Of a stretch of 64,000 nucleotides of DNA, positions 20,869 through 30,383 are shown piece by piece. The DNA is from Candidatus Helarchaeota archaeon (lineage in GTDB: Archaea; Asgardarchaeota; Lokiarchaeia; Helarchaeales; RDOG01), in NCBI GenBank assembly GCA_019058315.1, contig JAHPZH010000002.1:1101910-1165909 (forward strand), read 5' to 3'. Made by a program: the position numbers and the translations under genes. Positions within the stretch are counted from its first letter, which is position 1. Every line of letters begins with the position of its first letter. Below the pieces are notes generated by a model, which saw nothing but the letters and a program-made list of their open reading frames with translations, was not told the DNA's origin and did not search any database.

Positions 20869-21402
20869 CTATATTTTATTCATTTGATCAATATAACCTT
20901 GAAATTCCTTCTTTTTTTCATCATTAACCTTAATCATAACAACTCCAGAAGGTCCTGCTATGGGAGGTTGTCCATAAAACACTAATGACCCATTCGGTGC
21001 GAGCATAACCGCAGGGAGGGCTAATAAATCTTCTTCGCCCTCTACACGAATTTCAACTAATTCTTTTAATGAATAGGCTTTTTTTAAGATTTCCCAACTA
21101 TTTTTTTCAATTAAAGCTGGGCGATTTTTTAAATGTAAGACATGTATTCCAGCTTTTCCAACCTCTTCTTTTGAGGTTCGTAAAGTTTTCCCGTCTATTA
21201 CGAAAACATTTATTTCTACTTTTGCTTTCAACAAATTTCTAGAAACAATATCTCCAACGGCAACTATTAAGGGAGGTTTCAACTCTTTTATATAATTTTT
21301 AACAATTTTGATTGTTTCTTCAGGGTCTCCTTCTATTAAAATCCCTAAGGGTTTTTTTAATACTTGTCTTAAATGCTTTGTTATTTCTAAATTATATTCC
21401 AA
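20869..21402 (-). CDS. GTP-dependent dephospho-CoA kinase (DUF359)
   Basis: LKKPLG, VGDIVS, IDGKTLR, VEGEEDL, YGQP; conserved position between spt4 and eS24. Confidence 0.9.
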   Translation of the reverse strand: MEYNLEITKHLRQVLKKPLGILIEGDPEETIKIVKNYIKELKPPLIVAVGDIVSRNLLKAKVEINVFVIDGKTLRTSKEEVGKAGIHVLHLKNRPALIEKNSWEILKKAYSLKELVEIRVEGEEDLLALPAVMLAPNGSLVFYGQPPIAGPSGVVMIKVNDEKKKEFQGYIDQMNKI

Positions 21403-21424
21403 GATATTTTCACTTATAAAAAAA

Positions 21425-21610
21425 TTAACGGACTTTTAAAGCATATTTACCTGGTTCACTGACATTTAATTTACTGGCTATTAGTGAATTCGTCGGATCT
21501 ATTATGACTACCACACCAACAAAGTTTTCTGATAAATTTGAAGTCTTACATTTTGGACAATGGCTACTTTCTGTTATTCTATGACAGGTTCTACAGGCTT
21601 TTTCTTTAAT
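21425..21610 (-). CDS. spt4: Transcription elongation factor Spt4 (RpoE2); missing from the ORF track
   Basis: Translated by hand: (M)KEKACRTCHRITESSHCPKCKTSNLSENFVGVVVIIDPTNSLIASKLNVSEPGKYALKVR; ATT start after GAGGTG. Confidence 0.93.
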   Translation of the reverse strand: MKEKACRTCHRITESSHCPKCKTSNLSENFVGVVVIIDPTNSLIASKLNVSEPGKYALKVR

Positions 21611-21623
21611 TTAAGAGCACCTC

Positions 21624-22259
21624 TTATCTTTTTCGTTTTTTCTTTCTTTTCGATTCTTTTGCAGGTTTTTGGGTTTCCTTCTTATCTTCTTTGGTAATCC
21701 GTTCAGGTTCGATTCCTAAAATTTTATCTTGTATCCAATCGGTTTTTCCTAAATATGGTGTTCTCATGGTTAATCCTAATTTCCCAGATCTTGAGCCTCC
21801 TGTCCCTATAGAAACAGCAACAATTCGAGCTCGTACCTGATCTCCTTCCATAATCACTCTACCAGTTTCTTTTGCTAATAAAGTTCCTTTTTTAATATCA
21901 AATGAAATATAGTCGTCTGTAACTTGAGAAACATGAATTAAACCGTCCAATGGTCCAAGCCGAACAAATAATCCAAATTCTACGATTTCTACAACTTCGC
22001 CCTCAACGATCTCATACATATCAGGCTTAAATGTTAAGACTTGGAACGTTACATGATTATAAGAGGCACCATCCCCCGGTAAAAGCTTTCCAATTCCTAC
22101 ATCCACGACTTTTACAACAGCAATAATAAATCCTAAATTTGGTGTAATTTTATCCTCGTATTCAAGCTTCAATATCTCTTGAGCAACTTCTTTAAGGTCT
22201 CCACCAAATCGATTAGGCGGAATTCTGACTACATCTTTCACAGTAATTAATTTAAACAT
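21624..22259 (-). CDS. rpo7: RNA polymerase subunit Rpo7 (RpoE1)
   Basis: DVVRIPP, PGDGA, GPLDGLIHVSQ, LTMRTPYLGK. Confidence 0.96.
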   Translation of the reverse strand: MFKLITVKDVVRIPPNRFGGDLKEVAQEILKLEYEDKITPNLGFIIAVVKVVDVGIGKLLPGDGASYNHVTFQVLTFKPDMYEIVEGEVVEIVEFGLFVRLGPLDGLIHVSQVTDDYISFDIKKGTLLAKETGRVIMEGDQVRARIVAVSIGTGGSRSGKLGLTMRTPYLGKTDWIQDKILGIEPERITKEDKKETQKPAKESKRKKKRKR

Positions 22260-22417
22260 TATATCTTTGACCTTTAATTTAAAATTTATATTTTTTTATA
22301 ATTCTCTTACTAAAGTTAAGAAATTTTTAACCTTAAATAAAAATTATACTAAAGAATTAAAGTTCCTTATTGTTTTATTATTTTAAATATTTCCAATTAG
22401 ATGAGTTTAATAGATTA

Positions 22418-22834
22418 TTAAAATGTAAATCCTTCAAGAATTAGGTATTTCTTTTGTCTTAAATAAATAATTGGAACTCCATGACTTTTTAATTTCTTTT
22501 TTAAAACTTTATCATTCGTAGCTACGATCCGATTTTTTTCTTTAGCAATTCTTAAAATGAATTCATCAATACTTTCTTTCGGTAAAGGAGAATCGTCATG
22601 AATTTCGCATTTTTCAGTTATTTTTAACGCCATCTGGATTCTTTTTTTCCATATCACAGAATCTTTTTTTGTACCTAGCTTTTTTAATTCTTCGATAATA
22701 GCTGGAAAAGTTAATAATCTATAAGTCGTTGGAATTATCCTATCAAATTCTTCAAATATATCAATTTTAAAATCAAATAGAATAAAGAAAAAGTTTGTAT
22801 CCATAATTACTCCTAAAAAGTCCAAATCTTTCAC
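22418..22834 (-). CDS. PIN-domain nuclease, Fcf1/Utp24-like
   Basis: IMDTNF, EEL, VATNDK, IYLRQKK; conserved position between aIF2gamma and rpo7. Confidence 0.88.
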   Translation of the reverse strand: MKDLDFLGVIMDTNFFFILFDFKIDIFEEFDRIIPTTYRLLTFPAIIEELKKLGTKKDSVIWKKRIQMALKITEKCEIHDDSPLPKESIDEFILRIAKEKNRIVATNDKVLKKKLKSHGVPIIYLRQKKYLILEGFTF

Positions 22835-22880
22835 AATTGAAATTCTTATTTTTTAATTTCTCTAATTTAATATCTTCGTA

Positions 22881-24146
22881 TTATTCTATGATTACTCCAT
22901 ATCCAATTAGTCTCCAACGACCGCTTATTTGTCGACTTATGGCAACACGTTGACCAACTTCGGCACAAACTGGTCTTTTAAGTGCTATTTCTATAACTTT
23001 CTTTTTTATTGAAGTAACCGGACCTACCGTCATTTCAATTCCAACATTAAGCATCAGAATTTCTTTATTAGCGATTTCCTTTACTTTTATTAATTCTCTA
23101 GCTCCAACAACTCTTTCTAGTAATTTCTTTTCTAGACGTAAATTCTGCCAAGTTGGTGGTAATGTTCCCGGTTTGCCTGCTACATTGCCAATTAGACTAT
23201 CTGCTTTTGTTAAGGCAGGATCTAATTTAGTTCCAATACCAATTAATCCTCCTGCGACAGCTTCATTCAAACCGCGTATATCTCCCGCTTGAAGTGAAGT
23301 AACTTCGGTTAATATTGGTTCATATTTAGTCTTATCTTTCATGGGGTTTATAATGCCTGGCCGTATTTCAATCTCATCTCCCAGTTTCACCTTACCCCTT
23401 GCAATTGTACAACCTAAAACTCCTCCAACAAGGTCTTTTGGACTAGTTCCTGGTTTACAAATATCAAATGACCGCGCCACATAGCAAAGAAATGGTTTAT
23501 CAAGATCTCTATCAGGAGTGGGTATTTTTTCCTCAATTGCTTGAAGTAAAACATCTAAATTTGCCTTATGAATTGCTGATATGGGAATTATAGGTATGCC
23601 ATTATTTTTATTATCGATAAACTTCGCAATATCTCGATAGTTTTCCATATTTTGTTCGAAAGAACGTAATTCGATCTTATTTTGAACTGCGACAATATTT
23701 GCTACGTTAGTAATTTTTATTGTTTCATAATGTTCCCTTGTTTGAGGCATAGGACATTTTTCATTCGCAGCAATAACTAAAATGGCACCATCCATTATAA
23801 AAGCACCAGAAATCGTGGTCGCCATAAATATTTCATGACCTGGTGCATCTACAAATGAAACTCTTCGTTTTAATTCGAGTTTACTACCACATTTATTACA
23901 TTTATTCTTCGGACTTAATTCTGGAGTAGAATAGGCCTCAGGAGGTTCGCAAGTGGGACATTTTAATATATCCACATCTGCATAACCTAATTTAATTGAA
24001 ATACCTCTTTTTATTTCATCGGAATGTCTATCGGTCCATTCACCAGATAAACTCTGAACTAAAGTAGTCTTTCCATGGTCTACATGACCGATCATACCTA
24101 TATTTACTTCTGCTTGTCTAGGTTCAACTTTCTTACTCTTGGGCAT
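22881..24146 (-). CDS. eif2g: Translation initiation factor aIF2 gamma
   Basis: GHVDHGKTT, RGISIKLGYAD, DAPGHE, QNKIE, RWRLIGYG. Confidence 0.97.
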   Translation of the reverse strand: MPKSKKVEPRQAEVNIGMIGHVDHGKTTLVQSLSGEWTDRHSDEIKRGISIKLGYADVDILKCPTCEPPEAYSTPELSPKNKCNKCGSKLELKRRVSFVDAPGHEIFMATTISGAFIMDGAILVIAANEKCPMPQTREHYETIKITNVANIVAVQNKIELRSFEQNMENYRDIAKFIDNKNNGIPIIPISAIHKANLDVLLQAIEEKIPTPDRDLDKPFLCYVARSFDICKPGTSPKDLVGGVLGCTIARGKVKLGDEIEIRPGIINPMKDKTKYEPILTEVTSLQAGDIRGLNEAVAGGLIGIGTKLDPALTKADSLIGNVAGKPGTLPPTWQNLRLEKKLLERVVGARELIKVKEIANKEILMLNVGIEMTVGPVTSIKKKVIEIALKRPVCAEVGQRVAISRQISGRWRLIGYGVIIE

Positions 24147-24155
24147 TTCAATCAA

Positions 24156-24581
24156 TTATTTCTTTGATTTTTCTTCTTTAACTTTTTTTTCTTCTTTAAA
24201 AATGGGTTCTTTACCCCATTTAGTAATTATAAGGTTAATTTGGGCGATATCTTCGGTTATAATATTGCCCCTTATCATTTTCTTCTTCCTAATTCCCTTT
24301 CTCTTCAATTTACTGGGTTTGAATCCAACTCCTTTAGAAACATATAGTCTTTTTCGTATACCACCATGAACATCAGCACGCATTGGAACTCCGTCTGCAT
24401 CAGAACCTCCTGAAATTTTAAATTCGTATCCTTGAAATTCAAACATGGTACCTGAAACTATCTCTCCTATTTTTAGACCGATTAAGCTTCGAATTTTTTC
24501 CTCTGCAACTTCTTTTTGAAGTGACTTTCCTAATTTTGGGTCGCTAATAACTATTTTAATACCAGCTTGAGCTTTTGACAA
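24156..24581 (-). CDS. rps6e: 30S ribosomal protein S6e
   Basis: IVISDPK, GGSDADGVPM, IRGN, AQINL. Confidence 0.95.
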   Translation of the reverse strand: MSKAQAGIKIVISDPKLGKSLQKEVAEEKIRSLIGLKIGEIVSGTMFEFQGYEFKISGGSDADGVPMRADVHGGIRKRLYVSKGVGFKPSKLKRKGIRKKKMIRGNIITEDIAQINLIITKWGKEPIFKEEKKVKEEKSKK

Positions 24582-24778
24582 TAATTTAGCCTCTTTAATA
24601 ATTTTGAATTTACAAAATTTTTATTATAATACTAATTGGGTTTTTTAATGGTTAAAATAAATTTTTTGGAGAAAATTATAATTCTTTATAATTCTAAATT
24701 CAAAAATAAATTTAAAAGTAATTAAAACAGTTTTTAAAAATATTTTAAAATAAATTTAAGATTATTAATAGATTTAAA

Positions 24779-26566
24779 TTACATACCCCAATATGACTTT
24801 GTCTTTCTTTTAATTTTAGCCAAGTCCTCCAATAAGTCTTGTTCTTCCATAGATAATTCATCCCAAAATTTACTTTTTAAAATTTTAAAATGATGTTCTG
24901 GTAAATCTATAATCAATTCATCTTCTTCTTTAAAAGATCGTCCCGCTGTTGCACCTCTTATTGAAATTGCAACCTCTTGACCTAAATTGGCTAAATCTAG
25001 ATTCTGACCTTTATCTTGGATTTCTCTAATTAATCCAATAATTTTATTTTCGCTGGAAATTAATCTAACTTTTGGTTTGATTTTACCTACTAAAACAGCA
25101 ACTCCTACTATCGCGGGATCATTTCGACGAAATATACATCCTCTTAAAACCTTTACTTTTCCTGGATATATAACATCCTTTAATTGAAGTTTTTTTAATT
25201 CCTCTTTTGTTTTAAGATACCACTCTTTATAATCTTCAACCAATCGATAAATGATTTGGTTCTCAAATATTGGAATTTCGAGAGCTTCTGCTTCTTCTTT
25301 TGCATCTGGTAGCAGCTTTGAGTTAAAAGACAATATTACTGCTCTTAAAGGATCAGATTCTTTTACAACCGAAGCTTCAATAATGTCTCGCTTTGAAATT
25401 GCTCCAACATCAGCAATCCTGATAGGGATATCTTCTTCTTTAAAAAAATCCACTATGGCTTCTAAGGAACCTAAAGTATCTGCTTTTAAAATCACTCCTG
25501 ACTTATCAACATCAATTTTTATTTTGCTAATTTCACTTTGAATCTCTTCAATAACACTTGGAAGCTCAGATTCATCACTAACACCTCGTAAAGGAGCACC
25601 TGCCATTACCTCATCTAAATTAGGGCCAACTATCTTGACTCCTGCAGCTGCAGAAATTTGATTCACAGGATTAAATTTCTCTCTCGGATCTCTTATTTCA
25701 TCCAACGGCTTAGGAAGTAATAGCGCACGAATTCTTGTTACAATGGCATCCTCAGCACCACCCACCACTATTTTATCATCTTTTTTAATTACACCTTCAT
25801 AAATAATAGTGTCTAAGGTTATACCTAAACCAGGTTCCTCTTTAACTTCTAAAACAGTTCCTTTAGCATTCCCTTTGGAAATTTTTATTCGATCCTTTAA
25901 ATACTGTTGACTTAGACCTGCTAAGACCATTAATATTTCTGGAATTCCTTCTCCCGTCTTCGCAGAGGTTGGGACAATTGCAATGTTCTGTGTAAAATCC
26001 TCTATTCTATCAAATCTATCTGATATATATTTAAGCTCTGAAAACTCTCCTATCAACTCATAAATTTTTTCATCGACTGCTTGCTGAACAAAAGGGTCTT
26101 GAAGGCTAAAGGATTCCAAAAAAGAATTAGTATCTTGAGCTTTCCACCCAGAAATTCTATCAATTTTATTAGCAGCAACTAGAAATGGGGTTTTTCGAGC
26201 CTTAAGTATATTTAAGCTTTCACGTGTCTGGACTTGAATTCCATCCAAAATATCAATAACTAATATTGCAATATCAGCTACAGCGCCACCTCGAGTTCTT
26301 AAATTCATGAATGCCGCATGGCCTGGAGTATCAATAATAAGTAAACCAGGTATATTCAATTTTGAAATACCTAACTTTTTTAGGAGAGGACCACAAATTT
26401 CTTCTATCGTTGAAGCAGGAAAAAAACTAGCCCCGATATGTTGGGTGATTCCTCCAGCCTCGCGCCTCTGAACACTAGTACCTCTGATTTTATCTAATAT
26501 ACTAGTTTTTCCAGAATCTATATGTCCTAATACTGTTACAATAGGTTGACGAACTTCTTGTGTCAT
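24779..26566 (-). CDS. infB: Translation initiation factor aIF5B
   Basis: RQPIVTVLGHIDSGKT, GGITQHIGA, DTPGH, ANKID, KADTLGSLEA; no intein. Confidence 0.97.
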   Translation of the reverse strand: MTQEVRQPIVTVLGHIDSGKTSILDKIRGTSVQRREAGGITQHIGASFFPASTIEEICGPLLKKLGISKLNIPGLLIIDTPGHAAFMNLRTRGGAVADIAILVIDILDGIQVQTRESLNILKARKTPFLVAANKIDRISGWKAQDTNSFLESFSLQDPFVQQAVDEKIYELIGEFSELKYISDRFDRIEDFTQNIAIVPTSAKTGEGIPEILMVLAGLSQQYLKDRIKISKGNAKGTVLEVKEEPGLGITLDTIIYEGVIKKDDKIVVGGAEDAIVTRIRALLLPKPLDEIRDPREKFNPVNQISAAAGVKIVGPNLDEVMAGAPLRGVSDESELPSVIEEIQSEISKIKIDVDKSGVILKADTLGSLEAIVDFFKEEDIPIRIADVGAISKRDIIEASVVKESDPLRAVILSFNSKLLPDAKEEAEALEIPIFENQIIYRLVEDYKEWYLKTKEELKKLQLKDVIYPGKVKVLRGCIFRRNDPAIVGVAVLVGKIKPKVRLISSENKIIGLIREIQDKGQNLDLANLGQEVAISIRGATAGRSFKEEDELIIDLPEHHFKILKSKFWDELSMEEQDLLEDLAKIKRKTKSYWGM

Positions 26567-26659
26567 AGTGTAAAACCTCTTTTCTGTAAAAGTAAAATAA
26601 ATTAAAAATTTTCATTAAATTAATAACAATATCAAGAATTACTAAATAAAAATCAAATT

Positions 26660-27271
26660 TTAAATTTTCAATAGATTTGAAATTATTTTTTTAACTTGTC
26701 CAAAAGTATCATCAATAGCCCGATCTGAATTGATTAAATAGATTTCAAATGGATATTTCTTGTCTATTGTCATTTGTTTGAATTTTTGGCGAACCTCCTC
26801 TAAGAGCTCGAGATTCTCCCACTTTTCAAACTTTCCTTTTTTTCTCTCCAGACCTATTTTTACTGGAACATCCAAAATAATAACTGCATCTGGAAAAATA
26901 AACGTATCAGAAGCGAGAACCATATCAAAATCTTTAACCTCAAAATAAATATTATGGAGATCAAATAGATTTCCAATTAGTATAGATGATTGGTAAGCAA
27001 ATGTAGATAAAAAACACCTTTCAGCCAGAATTATTTTATCGTCAGATAATTTTTCTAACGCTTTTTGCTGTATTAACCTATCTGCTACAAATAATAGCGT
27101 ATCTATTCTATCATCTATATCATATGTTCCGACAACCTCACGAATTTTTTCACTTGGTTCTTCTAGGTTATAAACGTCAAAATTTAAAGAGTTCAACCAT
27201 TCAGTTACTTTTGAAATCATTAAACTCTTCCCTGAACCAGCAACGCCCTCAAATACAATATATTTCTTCAT
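26660..27271 (-). CDS. tmk: Thymidylate kinase
   Basis: YIVFEGVAGSGKS, LEEP, LLFVADR, ERCFLSTFAYQ. Confidence 0.88.
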   Translation of the reverse strand: MKKYIVFEGVAGSGKSLMISKVTEWLNSLNFDVYNLEEPSEKIREVVGTYDIDDRIDTLLFVADRLIQQKALEKLSDDKIILAERCFLSTFAYQSSILIGNLFDLHNIYFEVKDFDMVLASDTFIFPDAVIILDVPVKIGLERKKGKFEKWENLELLEEVRQKFKQMTIDKKYPFEIYLINSDRAIDDTFGQVKKIISNLLKI

Positions 27272-27362
27272 TATAATACTATCATCCTTTAACAAGTTAA
27301 AATATCTAATAATTCGAATAATTTCTTTTATATATAAATATAATAATTAGTAAAATCTATAA

Positions 27363-28001
27363 TTACAGAACAAATTTTGTTTTTTTCTTCTTTTTTTCTC
27401 CTTCCACTTTCTCCTCCCCTTCCTCCTCCTCCTCTTCTTCCTCTTTTCCAAACATCTCTTTCAAGACTTCTTCCTCTAACTTTTTTTCTTTCTCCACAAC
27501 TTTTTCGGGCTTTATTTCTTTTTTAACCTCACCTTCAGGTTCTCCCTCTTCTTTACTCATAATCTTTTTAATATAATCTGCATGAACTTTAATTGGAATC
27601 GGGTGAGTAGATTCGAATAATTCTAAAATAACTTCATCTTTAGTTGTATCAACTCGGGTGATTTTTGCTTTTTCACCTTTAAATGGTCCTCCAATAATCT
27701 CCACTATATCGCCCACCTCTACGCCTTCAGTAGATTTTTTAGCAATTAGGAATTCCTCTAACTCAGCTATGTTTACTTGTCCAATAAGCCGTCCTCGAAC
27801 ATGTGGTATCTTCACAAGCTCTTGATTTACAATTTGTGGTTCATGAGTTTCAACAAAAATATATCCACGAAGAGTTTCTGGTACTAAAATTGCTTTTAAT
27901 GCCTCTTTCATCCTTCCTTGCATCATGAAATCAATTACAGCTTTTTCTTGACCTATTGTTGTTTTAATAGCAAAAATTTGTGGTTTACTTCCTCCTTTCA
28001 A
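27363..28001 (-). CDS. spt5: Transcription elongation factor Spt5 (NGN+KOW) with acidic/basic C-terminal extension
   Basis: FAIKTTIGQE, LRGYIFVE, GDIVEIIGGPFKGEKA. Confidence 0.95.
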   Translation of the reverse strand: MKGGSKPQIFAIKTTIGQEKAVIDFMMQGRMKEALKAILVPETLRGYIFVETHEPQIVNQELVKIPHVRGRLIGQVNIAELEEFLIAKKSTEGVEVGDIVEIIGGPFKGEKAKITRVDTTKDEVILELFESTHPIPIKVHADYIKKIMSKEEGEPEGEVKKEIKPEKVVEKEKKLEEEVLKEMFGKEEEEEEEEGEEKVEGEKKKKKTKFVL

Positions 28002-28011
28002 TCCAAATATC

Positions 28012-28203
28012 TTAAATCACCCCCACTATAAGACCTATTATTAATTTAACGACAAAACCAACTGCACCAATGACAACAACTCCTAATCCCGTGATGCGCA
28101 ATATGAGGCGCATTTCCTTTACGGTGGGCTTTCTTGCCATTTTCATGACACGTTTTGAATTAGCCCAAAATGTTTTAACTCGAGCTTCTATATCAAACGG
28201 CAT
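28012..28203 (-). CDS. secE: Protein translocase subunit SecE/Sec61 gamma
   Basis: RVMKMARKPT..E followed by TM GLGVVVIGAVGF; ftsZ-secE-spt5 synteny. Confidence 0.92.
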   Translation of the reverse strand: MPFDIEARVKTFWANSKRVMKMARKPTVKEMRLILRITGLGVVVIGAVGFVVKLIIGLIVGVI

Positions 28204-28346
28204 TTTCTACTTTCTTCAATTTTTTGCTTTTAATAAAATATAGAATTTAAAAATAAAAGAACAATAATAGATTAAAAATATTACTTTTTAAAACTTAGAT
28301 GTTATATTAAGGAATAAAAAGGAGAAAAGAAAAGAATTTGACTTGT

Positions 28347-29519
28347 TTAACCAAATTTATGTATTCCAAGATCAAATACTTGATCTCTTGTTGATTTTTT
28401 TTGTGATGGTTCGAATAGATTGTTTGATTTGATTCCGCTTATTAATGTGGTTACTCTAATTGTGTTTTTAAGCTCCGGATCTATTAATGCGCCCCAAATA
28501 ATTTCAGTTTCAGGATTTAATTCTTCTGTTATCGTATTTATTACTGTTTTAGTATCTTGCAATGACATGTTACAATTGCCCATAACATTGATCAAAGCTC
28601 CCCTTGCATTATAAATATCTAAATCAAGTAAAGGATTATTCAGAGAATTCAAAGCCGCCTCTTCAGGATTTTGTGATTCACCAAGACCAATCAAAGCTTC
28701 ACCAGATTCTAAAAGAATAGTACGAACATCTGCAAAGTCAACGTTTACTAATCCAGGTCTTGTAACAAGATCTGCTATACCTTTTACACCTCTAATTAAA
28801 ATCTCATCCACTACAGCAAATGATTCAGCCAAGGATAAATCTGGTGCAATGTCCAATAGTTTTTCATTTGGAATAACAACGATTGTATCCGAAACTTGGC
28901 TTAAACGTTCTAAACCCCATATAGCATTTTTCTTTTTCTTCAACCCCTCCACCTGAAAAGGTAATGTGCAAATTGAAACCACCAATGCTCCTAAATCCTT
29001 TGCTATTTCTGCAAGAACATGTGATGCTCCCGTTCCAGTTCCACCACCTAAACCGCAAGTAATGAATAGCATATCTACATTGAGAAGATTCCTAATCTCA
29101 TCCGCACTTTCTAAAGCAGCAGCCTGTCCAATTTCAGGATTATTACCTGCTCCAAGTCCTCCAGTTAAGCGTTTTCCTATTAAGAATTTTTCATCTGCAC
29201 TGGTGTATAAGAGGTCCTTTGCATCAGTATTAATTGCAAAAGTTGTAGCTCCTTCAATTCCAAGCTCAAATAACCGTGAAATTGCATTATTTCCAGCTCC
29301 GCCTACTCCTGCACATTTAATTCTAGCTGTAGACCTGTTCAGAATTTCTTCTAATTCTAGATCCACATTATTTTGCTTATAAATGTAATTTGGTGCAATT
29401 TGGCTTTGGTTAGTATTCCTTTCTTTTCTTTCATAATTTGGCAAGATTTGTACTTGGTTCGTGTCTCTTTCTTTTCTTTCATCCTCAATAATTTTCTTTA
29501 TAATTGATTGCAAACTCAT
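28347..29519 (-). CDS. ftsZ: Cell division protein FtsZ
   Basis: GVGGAGNNA, NTD, GLGAG, GLGGGTGTG, IPNEKL, NVDFADV, IIWGA. Confidence 0.97.
   Translation of the reverse strand: MSLQSIIKKIIEDERKERDTNQVQILPNYERKERNTNQSQIAPNYIYKQNNVDLELEEILNRSTARIKCAGVGGAGNNAISRLFELGIEGATTFAINTDAKDLLYTSADEKFLIGKRLTGGLGAGNNPEIGQAAALESADEIRNLLNVDMLFITCGLGGGTGTGASHVLAEIAKDLGALVVSICTLPFQVEGLKKKKNAIWGLERLSQVSDTIVVIPNEKLLDIAPDLSLAESFAVVDEILIRGVKGIADLVTRPGLVNVDFADVRTILLESGEALIGLGESQNPEEAALNSLNNPLLDLDIYNARGALINVMGNCNMSLQDTKTVINTITEELNPETEIIWGALIDPELKNTIRVTTLISGIKSNNLFEPSQKKSTRDQVFDLGIHKFG
29385..29480 (-). repeat. 48-bp tandem duplication in the ftsZ N-terminus
   Basis: ERKERDTNQVQILPNY / ERKERNTNQSQIAPNY. Confidence 0.85.
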
Positions 29520-29706
29520 AAACCTACCATTATCTTAAACTAATATCTCTCTCCTCACTATAACCATATAAGACTAGAGAATATGATCCACTATAGCTCA
29601 AGAATATCACATGATATAAAAAAAAGGTCAGCTTTTGAATTAATTAGTATTCAGAGGCGATAAGATAAAAAATTTAAAAATATTGAAATAATAAAAAACG
29701 ATTAAA

Positions 29707-30369
29707 CTATTTTTTAGACTTTTGTTCTGCTGCATCTTTTATAAAATATTTTCCCCAATAATAATTATTTAAAACTCCTACTGGATTATGAGAGTTAGCT
29801 CTATCCTTAGCGATTAATGTAGTAACAGGTGCTTTTGAGTATTTTGTAAAGACTGCATCATGCCCCACGCATAACCCAATAAGTACATTTAAATCTGTGC
29901 CACATTCATTTAGAAGTAAAGCTTGCCCGACAGGATTACAAGCAACAAAACCAATCATGTAACCAGTTTTTGAAGTCATTTGATATTCTTTTGGAACCTC
30001 ATGATCATCTTTTTTAACGCTTCCAGTTTTACACATTATAGAATATACATCAAAACCGTAATTCTCTAAAATTTTTGCCACTTCCGAAGTCTCATTTATT
30101 AAACCAACACAACATGCCAATCCAATTTTGTTATAATTCATTAATCTAGCAAATTCAATAGTATCCTTTAACCGTGGCCATACTCTGTAACCAGTTGCTT
30201 CTACAATGGCAGCATTTTTTGTCATTTCTCGAATTTCTGGCTCGGATTCATATATTTTCTTTGCTTCATCTAAAACTTCATTATGTGTTTCTCTAGGACA
30301 ATTTAAAGGTCTTCTCCTGGAATCAGTTATGCAAGCAAGCCTCTTACAGAATGCACATTGAATTTTCAT
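29707..30369 (-). CDS. DUF1847 Cys-rich metal-binding protein
   Basis: CAFC..C, IGLACCVGL, CKTG, CNPVGQA, GLCVGHD, KDR..HNP. Confidence 0.85.
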   Translation of the reverse strand: MKIQCAFCKRLACITDSRRRPLNCPRETHNEVLDEAKKIYESEPEIREMTKNAAIVEATGYRVWPRLKDTIEFARLMNYNKIGLACCVGLINETSEVAKILENYGFDVYSIMCKTGSVKKDDHEVPKEYQMTSKTGYMIGFVACNPVGQALLLNECGTDLNVLIGLCVGHDAVFTKYSKAPVTTLIAKDRANSHNPVGVLNNYYWGKYFIKDAAEQKSKK

Positions 30370-30383
30370 ATTAATTCATCCCT

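Noticed and set aside
23975-24010. aIF2gamma switch I RGISIKLG (Ser for Thr) as the cause of relaxed start selection
   Set aside because: As far as I recall this variant also occurs in other archaea; no basis to link it without an alignment
27363-27400. Spt5 tail KKKKKTKFVL resembles the K-Ras4B polybasic-CaaX end
   Set aside because: No cysteine, so it cannot be a prenylation signal
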